Counted from the stretch's first letter, positions 17,178-26,454 are shown. The stretch is 32,000 nt of DNA from Candidatus Kuenenia stuttgartensis (GCF_900232105.1 NZ_LT934425.1:3120001-3152000), one strand, 5' to 3'. Numbers and translations: made by a program. Notes: a model not told the origin generated them from the sequence alone.

Positions 17178-17777
17178 ATGCTAAAATTTCTTCTCAAAAA
17201 AAACATTCGGGTTTACGCTGCTGTTATTAGTATGCTGATGACACTTTCGTTCTGTAAATACGCTGCAACTGGTACAGAAAAGAGAGATGAAACAAGCCGA
17301 CCCTCTGTAACATATTCAAACCCCTATTTTAAAGGAACCATGGAAGAGAGGTTTTCTCAAGTGGAAAAGATATCCAAACTTTTTGGAGTAGAATGCGATC
17401 ATTGTCATAATGAAGAGTTAACTGTTTTTACGGAAAATGGTGAAATTTCAAAAAAAATGATGGCTGCCTCTGTTGCCCTTGGAGTAGATTGCGATTATTG
17501 TCATATAGACGGTAAGCGCTATACCGAAAAAGAAAACCAGGCAAGGAATATGTTTGAGCTTTCCGAAACGATGGCGGTTGAATGCAATTTTTGTCATATG
17601 GGGAAAGAGAAACTGACGTCACGAGGGTTGCAGGCAAAAACTGCTTTTCTAACACGTGATTGGGCGACAAAAGGTTCAAAGCAATGCCTGGAATGTCATA
17701 TTGAGAAAAAACAATTTGCGCTGAATTTTTATGGCTGGCAGGTTTTAAATGCCATGAAAGGATTAAAGGGGATGTGA
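17178..17777 (+). CDS. Tetrahaem c-type cytochrome with N-terminal signal peptide (reaction-centre-cytochrome-like CytoC_RC type)
   Basis: Track ORF 17010-17777 trimmed to the internal ATG at 17178 (MLKFLLKKNIRVYAAVISMLMTLSFC...), because the upstream part overlaps rubredoxin. Four haem motifs: CDHCH, CDYCH, CNFCH, CLECH, each in a 'G/A-V-(E/D)-C-x-x-C-H' context. Confidence 0.8.
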   Translation: MLKFLLKKNIRVYAAVISMLMTLSFCKYAATGTEKRDETSRPSVTYSNPYFKGTMEERFSQVEKISKLFGVECDHCHNEELTVFTENGEISKKMMAASVALGVDCDYCHIDGKRYTEKENQARNMFELSETMAVECNFCHMGKEKLTSRGLQAKTAFLTRDWATKGSKQCLECHIEKKQFALNFYGWQVLNAMKGLKGM

Positions 17778-18718
17778 ACAGGGATTACGATGTAATAATA
17801 GTGGGTGGCGGGCCTGCAGCACTTGCAGCGGCGGTTTACACTTGCCGGGCATTATTAAAGACGGTGGTTTTTGAAAGAAAAATTACCGGCGGTCAGTTAG
17901 CCGGCACAGATATGATAGAGAATTATCCTGGGTTCCCAGACGTAATCAGCGGCGTAGACTTAACACAGCGGATGGAAGAACAGGCGAAGCGCTTTGGATT
18001 GATTGTCCGCTATGAAGAGGTTCTGAAACTAACAGTAGAAGATGGACTGAAGGTAGTAACCACAGATACTGGTGTGTATGCAAGTTATGCGGTTATTCTT
18101 GCCTGCGGAGCCGATCCAAGAAAATTAGATATACCGGGTGAAAATGAGTTTTACGGAAGAGGTGTCAGTTATTGCGCTACTTGTGACGGGGCATTTTTCC
18201 GAGACAAAGATGTAGTTGTCGTTGGTGGCGGTGATTCCGCTTTGACGGAAGGTATTTTCCTGACAAAATATGTTAAAACAGTTCAAATAATTCACCGGGG
18301 GGAAGCATTCAAAGCCGCAAAGATTTATCAGGAAGATGCTTTCGCCAATCCGAAGATACACGTCAGTTTTAATACCACCGTAGAAGAAATTCATGGCAAA
18401 GAAAGTGTAGAAGGCATTATTACAAGAAATGTGGTTACAGGGGAGAAAAATAGTTTGCCCTGTCAGGGTATTTTCATTTTTATTGGAAGTGTGCCGAATA
18501 CCTCATTTTTGGGAAATTTGTTGTGCGTTGATACGGGTTGCCACATTGAAACAAACATGCACATGGAAACGGAAATAGAGGGTGTCTATGCTGTCGGCGA
18601 TGTGAGAAAATGGTCATACCGGCAAATTGCAACTTCGGTGGGTGACGGCGTTACAGCGGCTATTGCTGCCGAACATAAACTTGCCGAATTGAAGGCGTTA
18701 GGCAAAATAAAAAACTAA
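17774..18718 (+). CDS. trxB: Thioredoxin-disulfide reductase-like flavoprotein
   Basis: 314 aa. FAD motif IIVGGGPAALAAA, redox-active CATCDG, second dinucleotide fold VVVGGGDSA. GTG start overlapping the cytochrome stop (ATGTGA). The pyridine-nucleotide motif reads HRGEAFKA. Confidence 0.85.
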   Translation: MNRDYDVIIVGGGPAALAAAVYTCRALLKTVVFERKITGGQLAGTDMIENYPGFPDVISGVDLTQRMEEQAKRFGLIVRYEEVLKLTVEDGLKVVTTDTGVYASYAVILACGADPRKLDIPGENEFYGRGVSYCATCDGAFFRDKDVVVVGGGDSALTEGIFLTKYVKTVQIIHRGEAFKAAKIYQEDAFANPKIHVSFNTTVEEIHGKESVEGIITRNVVTGEKNSLPCQGIFIFIGSVPNTSFLGNLLCVDTGCHIETNMHMETEIEGVYAVGDVRKWSYRQIATSVGDGVTAAIAAEHKLAELKALGKIKN

Positions 18719-18780
18719 CTTGATACGTTTAAATAAAAAATCCATGTTATAACTTTTAACGGTAGGGAGGGATTGCAATA

Positions 18781-19224
18781 ATGAATGTAAAAGAACTCAT
18801 TGAAAAAGCTGTAATGCATGAAGACAAATCGCAGAAGTTTTATTTGGATGCCTTAAAGCATGTTACAGACCCAGCAGCGAAGGTCTGGTTAAAAGAACTT
18901 GCGGCAGAAGAGGTAAAGCACAAGGAGATGTTGCTAAATTTTGATACGTCCAAAGTGATGAGTTTCAAACCTGGCGAAACACAGGATTTGCATATCTCAG
19001 AATTCCTGGTAGACAAGGACGTCTCTGAAATCAAAGATTTTCAGGATGTATTGATTATTGCCATGAAGAAGGAACAAAAGTCATATAATTTTTATGTTAG
19101 TATGTCTCAATCAACCGATAGCATGGAGATGAAAAAAATGTGCAGAATTCTGGCACAGGAAGAACTAAAGCATAAACATAAATTAGAAGTAGCCTATGAT
19201 GATATGGTGTTTTCAGAAAATTAA
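18781..19224 (+). CDS. Ferritin-like / rubrerythrin-family diiron protein
   Basis: 147 aa. Two ExxH motifs in helical context (AAEEVKHKEML, AQEELKHKHKL). GGGAGGG RBS upstream. Confidence 0.7.
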   Translation: MNVKELIEKAVMHEDKSQKFYLDALKHVTDPAAKVWLKELAAEEVKHKEMLLNFDTSKVMSFKPGETQDLHISEFLVDKDVSEIKDFQDVLIIAMKKEQKSYNFYVSMSQSTDSMEMKKMCRILAQEELKHKHKLEVAYDDMVFSEN

Positions 19225-19323
19225 ATGTAGCCTGCTAAGTTCCATGCGACACCTAAAGTAGATGGATTTATCGAGGCCATTTATTCTTAATATTTAGATG
19301 CATTAATCCATCGATAACAGTAT

Positions 19324-19377
19324 GCAGAAGGGTAACTAAGGGATGCCGTAGGGCGAAGACTGGTGTTACCCTTCTGC
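19324..19377. repeat. 54-bp hairpin with 13-bp perfect arms whose inner ends mimic the MITE termini
   Basis: GCAGAAGGGTAAC ...GTAGGGCGAAG... GTTACCCTTCTGC. The arms contain GTAAC/GTTAC and the loop contains a GTAGGG(G)CGAAG core like the MITE inner repeat. Confidence 0.5.
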
Positions 19378-19708
19378 GCTCTCCGCAATTTTTCTTCTCA
19401 CGTAGCCCCCTAGTTTATTCTTTCTCATAATAAACTACAAAATGAACTTCATAGGGTGTTTTATAGCCAAACAAATATGATTTTAGAAAGTTTGGCAACA
19501 AAATGGCTTTCTGAAAAATAGATTTATTGTATTAGTTTAGTTTTTTGAAAAAGATATTCACGTGTGCCTTTTATGTGATTGGGACTTCCGCCATGTTTTA
19601 AGGAAACGTTACAGTAGTGTTAACCCTGTCAGGGTTGTTTCGTCCTGACCCCTTGAACGATTACAAAAAATTGGGAATAATCCCTGGCGCTTTTCTTCAG
19701 TAACTACA

Positions 19709-19742
19709 AACTCAACATCGGTTTCGAAACCGATGTTGAGTT
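19709..19742. repeat. 34-bp perfect palindrome
   Basis: AAACTCAACATCGGTTTCGAAACCGATGTTGAGTTT read directly. Centre TTCGAA, no mismatch, no flanking T-run. Confidence 0.6.
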
Positions 19743-19903
19743 CCTCGAAATGGGTTCATGATTCGTTTCCAGTCACCGCAATCTTCTCCTTGACTTGGCT
19801 CAAAATTGCCGTTTTGCATATGTTCCACGCCTTGTTGTGCAAACAGGTGGCTACACTGGCGGGTTTTCGCCATCTCAGGTGCGGGGAACTGTCAAATTGC
19901 TTA

Positions 19904-19931
19904 TTGACAAAATCTTGTTTCCTGTTATAAG
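19904..19931 (+). promoter_or_regulatory. Sigma-70-like promoter upstream of the cyclase gene
   Basis: TTGACA (19904-19909) - 16 nt - TATAAG (19926-19931). It would give a roughly 275-nt leader crossing the MITE-end remnants. Confidence 0.3.
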
Positions 19932-20000
19932 AATGGCACGTCTGCGGAAAAATTATAGACTAACGAGCCGTGTTTATTTACGCGTAAAGATTGTAAAAAG

Positions 20001-20067
20001 GCAACATTTCAGTTTTTTGAAAAAACTCAATAAAACTAAGAATTCCGTATTGGTTTAGTTTTTTGTA
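20001..20067. repeat. Degenerate MITE-terminus remnants
   Basis: GCAACATTTCAGTTTTTTGAAAAAACTCAATAA resembles GTAACACTTTAGTTTTTTGAAAAATTCCAATAA. A second TTTAGTTTTTTG occurs at 20054-20065. A further TTTAGTTTTTTGAAAAA occurs at 19536-19552. Confidence 0.4.
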
Positions 20068-20214
20068 AGTTTTTATTCGTGTTTCTCCATTACCCTGTTA
20101 ATACTCTATGCGTTTTGTGTTTAAAATCTTTTTGGTTGAGGTTTTGCTTCGCCGCATATATGTTTTTTATAAATAACTACAGGTAAAATACCCCCCCTTT
20201 TATTAACAGTAACA

Positions 20215-21660
20215 ATGTCCCAAATCAATCTTGAAAAACTGGTTTCCAAAAAAGATTTGTTCAGTCTTTTGAAAGACTTAATAAACGTATTGGGAAACCC
20301 AATAGAAATTCAAGGCAAAGAAGGGAAAACCATTGCCTCCTTTTGTGATCAACCAGACGTAAACGTACAAACCCATAATGACGTCATAAGTACAAACAAC
20401 ACCTATCCTATAAAGCTCAACGACATTGCCATAGGCTGGGTAAAAGGGGACCAACCGGCTCACGTATTTTCAGAACTGCTTTCATATCTGGCAAATAAAG
20501 AGTTTGAAAAAAAATCCCTTGCCAGCGATATGCTTGACAAATACAGGGAAATAAACCTCCTTTACGACATCGCAGATAAAATAGCCGCATGCACTGAAGT
20601 TAAGGACGTTGCGCAGTTGATTATTGACGAGGCAAGGCAGTTAATAAACGCAACAAACGCTTCCCTGATGCTGTTGAACGACAATAATACACTTGAAATA
20701 CTGTCGGCGTATGGAGAGGAATATATCCCAAAGACCATATTGCAATCAGGCGAAGGCATTGCCGGGAATGTGGCCGTTACCGGCGTCGCAGAGATAGTGA
20801 ATGACGTTGCTTCTGACCCGAGATTTGTGAATGGACACAATGCTGTTTCTTCCTTACTATGCGCCCCGCTCAGGCTTAAGGACAGGATTTTAGGCGTAAT
20901 GAACCTCAGCAGCCGCTCCCCTTACCCTTATAGCGCCAGAGACCTGAAGCTGCTCAGTATTTTTGCGTCCCAGGCGGCGTCTTCCATTGAGAATGCCATT
21001 TTATATGAAAACAGAATGAAGACGGAAAATATTAAGGCGCATTTACAACGTTATGTTTCGCCCCAGATTGTAAGCTCCATCCTGGAAGATTCCGGGGGAA
21101 ATTCACTAAACCCATCAAAAAAGAAAATATCCATTCTGTTTTCCGACATTAGAAATTTTTCCACTGTATGCGAGAAGCTTGCACCTGAAAAAATTGTAAC
21201 ATATCTCAATGAGTATTTTTCACATATGGTGGAAATAATATTTGAACATCAGGGCACAGTAAACAAATTTGTAGGCGACATGATTGTTGCCTTCTTCGGC
21301 GCTCCTTTTCATTGCGATAATAATGAAACGCAGGCAATTAAATCTGCTATTAAAATGCAGCAATGCATTAAAAAAACGGGCAGTAGTTGGATACGGGATA
21401 ATTTTACTACCGGCATCGGCATAACTGCCGGAGAAGTGGTGGTTGGCAATATAGGCTCTCCCCGGCATATGGACTATACAGCAATAGGTGATGAAGTAAA
21501 TATCGCAGACAGGCTGCAATCCCTTGCAAAAGGCGGACAAATATTGGTGGAGCATAATGTATATCATGCAACCAAAAACATATTTGAATTTGAAAAATTT
21601 GGCAAAATCACCGTAAAAGGCAAAGAAAAACCAATAGATATCTTTAACGTAATTTATTAG
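20215..21660 (+). CDS. GAF-domain class III adenylate/guanylate cyclase
   Basis: 481 aa. GAF-like region (...ASLMLLNDNNTLEILSAYGEE...GIAGNVAVTG...) then cyclase core ISILFSDIRNFSTVCEKL...FVGDMIVAFFGAP...GEVVVGNIGSPRHMDYTAIGDEVNIADRLQS. Confidence 0.88.
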   Translation: MSQINLEKLVSKKDLFSLLKDLINVLGNPIEIQGKEGKTIASFCDQPDVNVQTHNDVISTNNTYPIKLNDIAIGWVKGDQPAHVFSELLSYLANKEFEKKSLASDMLDKYREINLLYDIADKIAACTEVKDVAQLIIDEARQLINATNASLMLLNDNNTLEILSAYGEEYIPKTILQSGEGIAGNVAVTGVAEIVNDVASDPRFVNGHNAVSSLLCAPLRLKDRILGVMNLSSRSPYPYSARDLKLLSIFASQAASSIENAILYENRMKTENIKAHLQRYVSPQIVSSILEDSGGNSLNPSKKKISILFSDIRNFSTVCEKLAPEKIVTYLNEYFSHMVEIIFEHQGTVNKFVGDMIVAFFGAPFHCDNNETQAIKSAIKMQQCIKKTGSSWIRDNFTTGIGITAGEVVVGNIGSPRHMDYTAIGDEVNIADRLQSLAKGGQILVEHNVYHATKNIFEFEKFGKITVKGKEKPIDIFNVIY

Positions 21661-21681
21661 ATAACAAAGGGGGGGAGTAGT

Positions 21682-22062
21682 ATGCCGAAGGTATTAATTG
21701 TAGATGATGAGCCACATATAAGACTGTTGCTGGAACAAACGCTTGAAGAATTTGAAGAGAAAGGAGTGGAAATTATCACTGCCGGAAATGGCAAACAAGC
21801 GTTGGAATTAATAAAAAAAGAGACGCCCGATATTGTCTATCTTGACGTAATGATGCCGGAAATGAATGGCTATGATGTATGCAATGCGGTAAAAAACAAC
21901 TCTGCACTGAAGGGCGTCTATATCATTCTGCTTACTGCAAAAGGGCAGGAATATGACAAAAAAAGGGGTGACGATTCAGGCGCAGATATTTATATGACAA
22001 AACCCTTTAATCCCGATGTGATCATTGCAAAGACAGCAAGCATTTTGAATATAACATTATAA
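21682..22062 (+). CDS. Single-domain response regulator (CheY-like receiver)
   Basis: 126 aa. KVLIVDDEPHIR, phospho-acceptor context IVYLDVMMPEMNG, LLTAKG, K in YMTKPF. Good GGGGGAG RBS; 21 nt after the cyclase. Confidence 0.9.
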   Translation: MPKVLIVDDEPHIRLLLEQTLEEFEEKGVEIITAGNGKQALELIKKETPDIVYLDVMMPEMNGYDVCNAVKNNSALKGVYIILLTAKGQEYDKKRGDDSGADIYMTKPFNPDVIIAKTASILNITL

Positions 22063-22080
22063 CTGCGTTAATGAATTTCA

Positions 22081-22110
22081 TTGACTATTCCTTGTTGTTT
22101 ACAGTATAAT
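22081..22110 (+). promoter_or_regulatory. Strong sigma-70-like promoter for the DUF4912/GH57 genes
   Basis: TTGACT (22081-22086) - 18 nt - TATAAT (22105-22110), 97 bp upstream of the 22207 start. Confidence 0.45.
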
Positions 22111-22206
22111 CAATTTCAATATGTGACTGTAAAATACTATTATACAACTACTTATGAATATGCTTGCCTGTGGATGCATTTTCAGAATTTATGATTTTTT
22201 GAAACT

Positions 22207-22992
22207 ATGGACAAAGACGTTATGAAAGAAATCTTCCTCTTAATCCTGGAGATTTTTAAAGCGCTGACAGAGATCTTGTGGGAAAAAATAAAATACGTTT
22301 TAAAAATACTTTGGATTCGGTTTTTTGGTTATGAAGAAATACCTCAAGAGAAAAAAGAAGCGGTAGTGGAATGGGGGGTTACAGGGGAAGATGAATGGCC
22401 TGGCATAACTGAAACAGAGACGAAAGAGCCTCCGGTAAAAGAAATGGTGGTCTCTCCCCCATCCGCAATTCCCGATCTTCCGGATAGCTACGGGGAAAAT
22501 CGAATCGTAATCATGCAGAGAGACCCATTATGCCTTTTCTGCTATTGGGAACTACAGCAGGCCAAAATAGACAACTTCCTGAAAAACCTTTCTACGTTGG
22601 CGTATGACGCAAGCCTCGTCCTGAGAGTGTATGATGTGACAAACATTCTTTTTGACGGCAATAATGCCAATAAGTATTTTGATAGTGTCTTAGTGCAGGG
22701 AGCCAAAGACTGGTATATTCATTTAGAGGAACCAAACAGGTCATTCTGTGCAGACATAGGCTTTTTAACCTCAGACGGAACCTTCCATATGCTGACAAGG
22801 TCAAATACCATAACAACACCAGGTATGTGCCCTTCTGATATAACAGAAGATCAGCGGGTTGAAATTGAAGCGCCTTATGAAAAGGTGTATGCTTCTATGG
22901 GCATTGATGCAGCTTCACATGTCCCTGAAAGCGCCTCTGCGAAGTGGCAAAGATTTTTTTCACACATTTTATCATCCAGTGAAATTTGCTGA
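22207..22992 (+). CDS. DUF4912 domain protein (GH57-associated)
   Basis: 261 aa. YGENRIVIMQRDPLCLFCYWEL fits my recollection of the DUF4912 signature. Immediately upstream of a GH57 enzyme, the usual partner. Confidence 0.7.
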   Translation: MDKDVMKEIFLLILEIFKALTEILWEKIKYVLKILWIRFFGYEEIPQEKKEAVVEWGVTGEDEWPGITETETKEPPVKEMVVSPPSAIPDLPDSYGENRIVIMQRDPLCLFCYWELQQAKIDNFLKNLSTLAYDASLVLRVYDVTNILFDGNNANKYFDSVLVQGAKDWYIHLEEPNRSFCADIGFLTSDGTFHMLTRSNTITTPGMCPSDITEDQRVEIEAPYEKVYASMGIDAASHVPESASAKWQRFFSHILSSSEIC

Positions 22993-23017
22993 TTAGTTCT
23001 CATTCTGAAAAAGATAT

Positions 23018-24604
23018 ATGAAAAAAGGCTATCTATCCTTAATATTGCATGCCCATTTGCCCTATGTCCGCCATCCGGAATTTGATGCATACCTTGAAGA
23101 AGATTGGCTCTTTGAGGCAGTGGCCGAAACATATATCCCGCTGATTAATGTGTTTGATAACCTGATAAATGAACACATTGATTTTCGTATTACAATGACT
23201 CTGACTCCTCCACTTATTTCAATGCTTACCGATGAACTTCTGCAGCAGCGTTGCCTCCGGTACATAGAAAAACGACTCGAACTTGCGGAAAAAGAGATTA
23301 AACGGACAAATAATCAATCCGAATTTAATCAAATTGCAAGGATGTACTATAATCATTTCCACGATGCAAGATATGTATTTGCGGAAAAATACCAGAGAAA
23401 CATTATTACTGCGTTTAAAAAATTCCAGGATGCCGGAAAAATGGAAATTATTACCTCCTGTGCTACGCATAGCTTCCTTCCTCTTATGAATAATAATGTA
23501 AATGCGATGCGGGCGCAGATACACGTTGCCATGAATCATTATGAAAAACATTTTGGCAGAAAACCGCGTGGAATATGGCTTCCCGAATGTGCTTACGAAC
23601 CCGGCATTGACCAGCTTCTTAAAGAAGAAGGTATCAGGTTTTTCATAGCCGAGGCACACGGACTCCTCTTTGCCTCGCCACGGCCAAAATACGGTATCTA
23701 TGCCCCCATAGTATGCCCGTCAGGGGTTGCTGTTTTCGGGAGAGACATAGAATCTTCCAAGCAGGTTTGGAGTTCCAAAGAAGGATATCCAGGCGACTTT
23801 TATTATCGAGAATTTTACAGGGATATCGGCTTTGACCTTGATTATGACTATGTAAAGCCGTATCTCCATGGCGATGGAAAACGTTCGAATGTTGGGATAA
23901 AATATTACCGCATTACCGGAAAAACAAATCACAAAGAGCCTTATTCAATAGAAATGGCGCGGAACAAGGCTGCGGAACACGCCGGGAATTTTATGTTTAA
24001 CCGGGAAAAACAAGCAGAATATCTGGATTCCCTGATGGATAGAACACCGATTATCATTGCCCCGTACGACGCTGAACTCTTTGGTCACTGGTGGTTTGAA
24101 GGTCCGCTCTGGATTGATTTTCTTTTCAGAAAGATTGCGTTTGACCAGCAGACGATTTCGCTGATTACCCCTTTGGAATATCTTGACAGATATCCTGAAA
24201 ACCAATGCGCCGTCCCTTCCGCCTCCAGTTGGGGATATAAAGGTTACAGCGAATACTGGCTGAATGATAAAAATGACTGGATTTACCGCCATCTTCACAT
24301 AGCGGCAGATCGTATGGTTGCGCTGGCAAGAACATACCCCCGCACCGATAAATATTCCATACAACAGCGGGCCTTGAACCAGGCCGCACGGGAACTTTTA
24401 TTGGCACAAAGCAGTGACTGGGCGTTTATCATGAAAGCCGGAACCATGGTAGAATACGCCGTAAAACGAACAAAAGAACACCTCTTTCAATTCAATAAAC
24501 TTTATAATGATATCCGGGCAAATGCTATTGATGAAAAATGGCTTTGTGAAATAGAACATAAAAATAATATATTCCCCGATATAAACTATTGCATTTACCA
24601 GTAA
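23018..24604 (+). CDS. GH57-family 1,4-alpha-glucan branching enzyme
   Basis: 528 aa. N-terminus GYLSLILHAHLPYVRHPE, IWLPECAY, APYDAELFGHWWFEG, C-terminal LLAQSSDWAF (DUF1957-like). Confidence 0.88.
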   Translation: MKKGYLSLILHAHLPYVRHPEFDAYLEEDWLFEAVAETYIPLINVFDNLINEHIDFRITMTLTPPLISMLTDELLQQRCLRYIEKRLELAEKEIKRTNNQSEFNQIARMYYNHFHDARYVFAEKYQRNIITAFKKFQDAGKMEIITSCATHSFLPLMNNNVNAMRAQIHVAMNHYEKHFGRKPRGIWLPECAYEPGIDQLLKEEGIRFFIAEAHGLLFASPRPKYGIYAPIVCPSGVAVFGRDIESSKQVWSSKEGYPGDFYYREFYRDIGFDLDYDYVKPYLHGDGKRSNVGIKYYRITGKTNHKEPYSIEMARNKAAEHAGNFMFNREKQAEYLDSLMDRTPIIIAPYDAELFGHWWFEGPLWIDFLFRKIAFDQQTISLITPLEYLDRYPENQCAVPSASSWGYKGYSEYWLNDKNDWIYRHLHIAADRMVALARTYPRTDKYSIQQRALNQAARELLLAQSSDWAFIMKAGTMVEYAVKRTKEHLFQFNKLYNDIRANAIDEKWLCEIEHKNNIFPDINYCIYQ

Positions 24605-24657
24605 TAGCAGCAATTATTTTTATTATCCCATACATTTTTAGAGAAGGAGACACGAAC

Positions 24658-25098
24658 ATGTCCTCTGAAATGATGAAGTGGCCTTATCTGCCAATGATGG
24701 ACACATTCAAAAAAGAAATGAATAAACTTTTCGATACCTTTGGAGGTATCGGCGAAAATGTTTTCCGGGAATGGATGCCCCCTCTTGACATATCCGAGAC
24801 AGGAGAAACCGTTGTTGTTAAGGCCGAAATACCCGGTGTTGACCCAAAGGAGATCCACATATCCGTTAAAAACGATGCGCTTACCATAAGAGGCGAAAAG
24901 AAAGGAGAGAAGGAAGAAAAGGGGAAAAACTATCATTTTATCGAAAGGAGATACGGAAGTTTTGTGAGAACTGTTTTACTACCTACCGCCGTTAAATATG
25001 AGCAGGCAAAGGCGGAATACAGAAATGGCATTCTGGAAATAACGTTGCCAAAGCAGGAAAAAGAAGAATCGAAAAAGATTCCGATAAAAGTGAATTAA
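24658..25098 (+). CDS. Hsp20/alpha-crystallin small heat-shock protein
   Basis: Track ORF 24589-25098 trimmed to the ATG at 24658, which has a GAAGGAGA RBS. Alpha-crystallin domain PPLDISETGETVVVKAEIPGV...ERRYGSFVRTVLLP...AEYRNGILEITLPK. Confidence 0.9.
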   Translation: MSSEMMKWPYLPMMDTFKKEMNKLFDTFGGIGENVFREWMPPLDISETGETVVVKAEIPGVDPKEIHISVKNDALTIRGEKKGEKEEKGKNYHFIERRYGSFVRTVLLPTAVKYEQAKAEYRNGILEITLPKQEKEESKKIPIKVN

Positions 25099-25267
25099 AT
25101 GCTGGACCACGGTTATTGCATAACTATCCCGGCTTTCAATAACTCTTTGGCATGATAAACCATGACAGGAGTATACGCTCAAACAAGACCCTTGTTTTTT
25201 TGCGCTTTCTGACAAAAGGAAATCTGTACGACGTTTTTTCAGATGCGCGAAAGGAGGAATGCCTAGT

Positions 25268-25774
25268 ATGAAAATACCAAAAGATGTAGGCAAATTTGCC
25301 CGTGACAAAATACATGCAGAAAACGACCCGTATTTGCCCAAAAAAGGGTTCATTGATTACTCTATATGTAAAGATTGCAATGCGATTTATCACAATAAAA
25401 AATGGTTTCTGGACGCCAATCTTTATGAACAAAAAAAATCCCTGAAGGATATTAACTGGGTAGAATGCCCTGCATGTAAAAAAACAAAGGAAAACGTGCC
25501 CAGCGGTATTGTTACTTTGAAGGGAGAATTTTTGCAACAACACAAACAGGAAATTCTGAACCTCATTAAAAACGAGGATGACCGGTCGAAGAAGTTTAAT
25601 CCGCTAAAAAGAATCATGAAGATTGATGAAAAAGGCGGGGAAATTGAAATCTTTACTACCTCAGCAAAACTCGCACAACGTATCGGCTCGATTCTGCACA
25701 AGGCTTACAATGGAGAAGTAGATTATAAAAAACATGAAAATGCAAAATTCATGCGTGTTGCATGGACGCGTTGA
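25268..25774 (+). CDS. Uncharacterised zinc-ribbon protein (CxxC...CxxC)
   Basis: Track ORF trimmed to the second ATG (AAGGAGG 10 nt upstream). CKDC ... CPAC pair. Family not securely recognised (possibly NMD3-like/BCAM0308-like). Confidence 0.55.
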   Translation: MKIPKDVGKFARDKIHAENDPYLPKKGFIDYSICKDCNAIYHNKKWFLDANLYEQKKSLKDINWVECPACKKTKENVPSGIVTLKGEFLQQHKQEILNLIKNEDDRSKKFNPLKRIMKIDEKGGEIEIFTTSAKLAQRIGSILHKAYNGEVDYKKHENAKFMRVAWTR

Positions 25775-25835
25775 TTGCATGGCAAGCGCTTTGTAATAAT
25801 CCGGTAAAATAACTTTATACTGAGGGGCCGATAGC

Positions 25836-26303
25836 ATGATTATTGTCAAAAATATTCTCTTCCCAACCGATTTTTCTCCATGCGCTAAACAAGCTTTACA
25901 ATATGCCTTATCCCTTGCCACGCTCTTTAAGGCAAAACTGCATATCCTCTATGTTGTTCCAAGAATGAATGTCTCCATTAGCGCAGGCGGGGTAATGTAT
26001 CCCATTTTAAAGGTATATGAAGATATGGAAGGAAAAGCAAAAAAGAAGATGCATCACTTAATCCCAAAAAGGTTTCTGGAACAAATAGAGGTAAATAATA
26101 TCATTGTTCGTGGCACGCCATATGTGGAAATTATAAAAGTTGCCAAAAAACAGAACATCGATCTTATCACCATTGCAACACACGGGCGTACAGGGATTTC
26201 CCATGCCCTTATGGGCAGCACGGCTGAAAGAGTGGTGAGGAAGGCGCCATGTCCCGTTTTAACAATCAAGCACCCGGAACATGAATTTGTAATCCCCGCA
26301 TAA
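25836..26303 (+). CDS. Universal stress protein (UspA family)
   Basis: 155 aa. ILFPTDFS..., ...ITIATHGRTGISHALMGSTAERVVRKAPCPVLTIK. Confidence 0.88.
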   Translation: MIIVKNILFPTDFSPCAKQALQYALSLATLFKAKLHILYVVPRMNVSISAGGVMYPILKVYEDMEGKAKKKMHHLIPKRFLEQIEVNNIIVRGTPYVEIIKVAKKQNIDLITIATHGRTGISHALMGSTAERVVRKAPCPVLTIKHPEHEFVIPA

Positions 26304-26454
26304 TGTATTTCAATTTCTTATTCTTTAAGTACCGCCGTTGCCTGAATCAGAGTGAGAGGTAAACAACCCCTCTTGCCCCCCTTTATTAATGGGGAATAAG
26401 GCACAATCGGCAGTCGGCAAATTGCAGATTGCAGACTGTAGACCGAGGCTTTTT

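Noticed and set aside
19712-19873. 53-aa minus-strand ORF (MAKTRQCSHLFAQQGVEHMQ...)
   Set aside because: It has no RBS and no recognisable motif, and it terminates inside the 34-bp palindrome. It is probably non-coding.
26304-26454. Possible SAM riboswitch upstream of the SAM synthetase gene (also contains a TTGCAGATTGCAGA tandem repeat)
   Set aside because: I could not find the conserved S-box/SAM-I core (…AGAGGGA…GCAACC…) or a SAM-II-like pseudoknot pattern. An Infernal/Rfam scan would be needed to claim anything.
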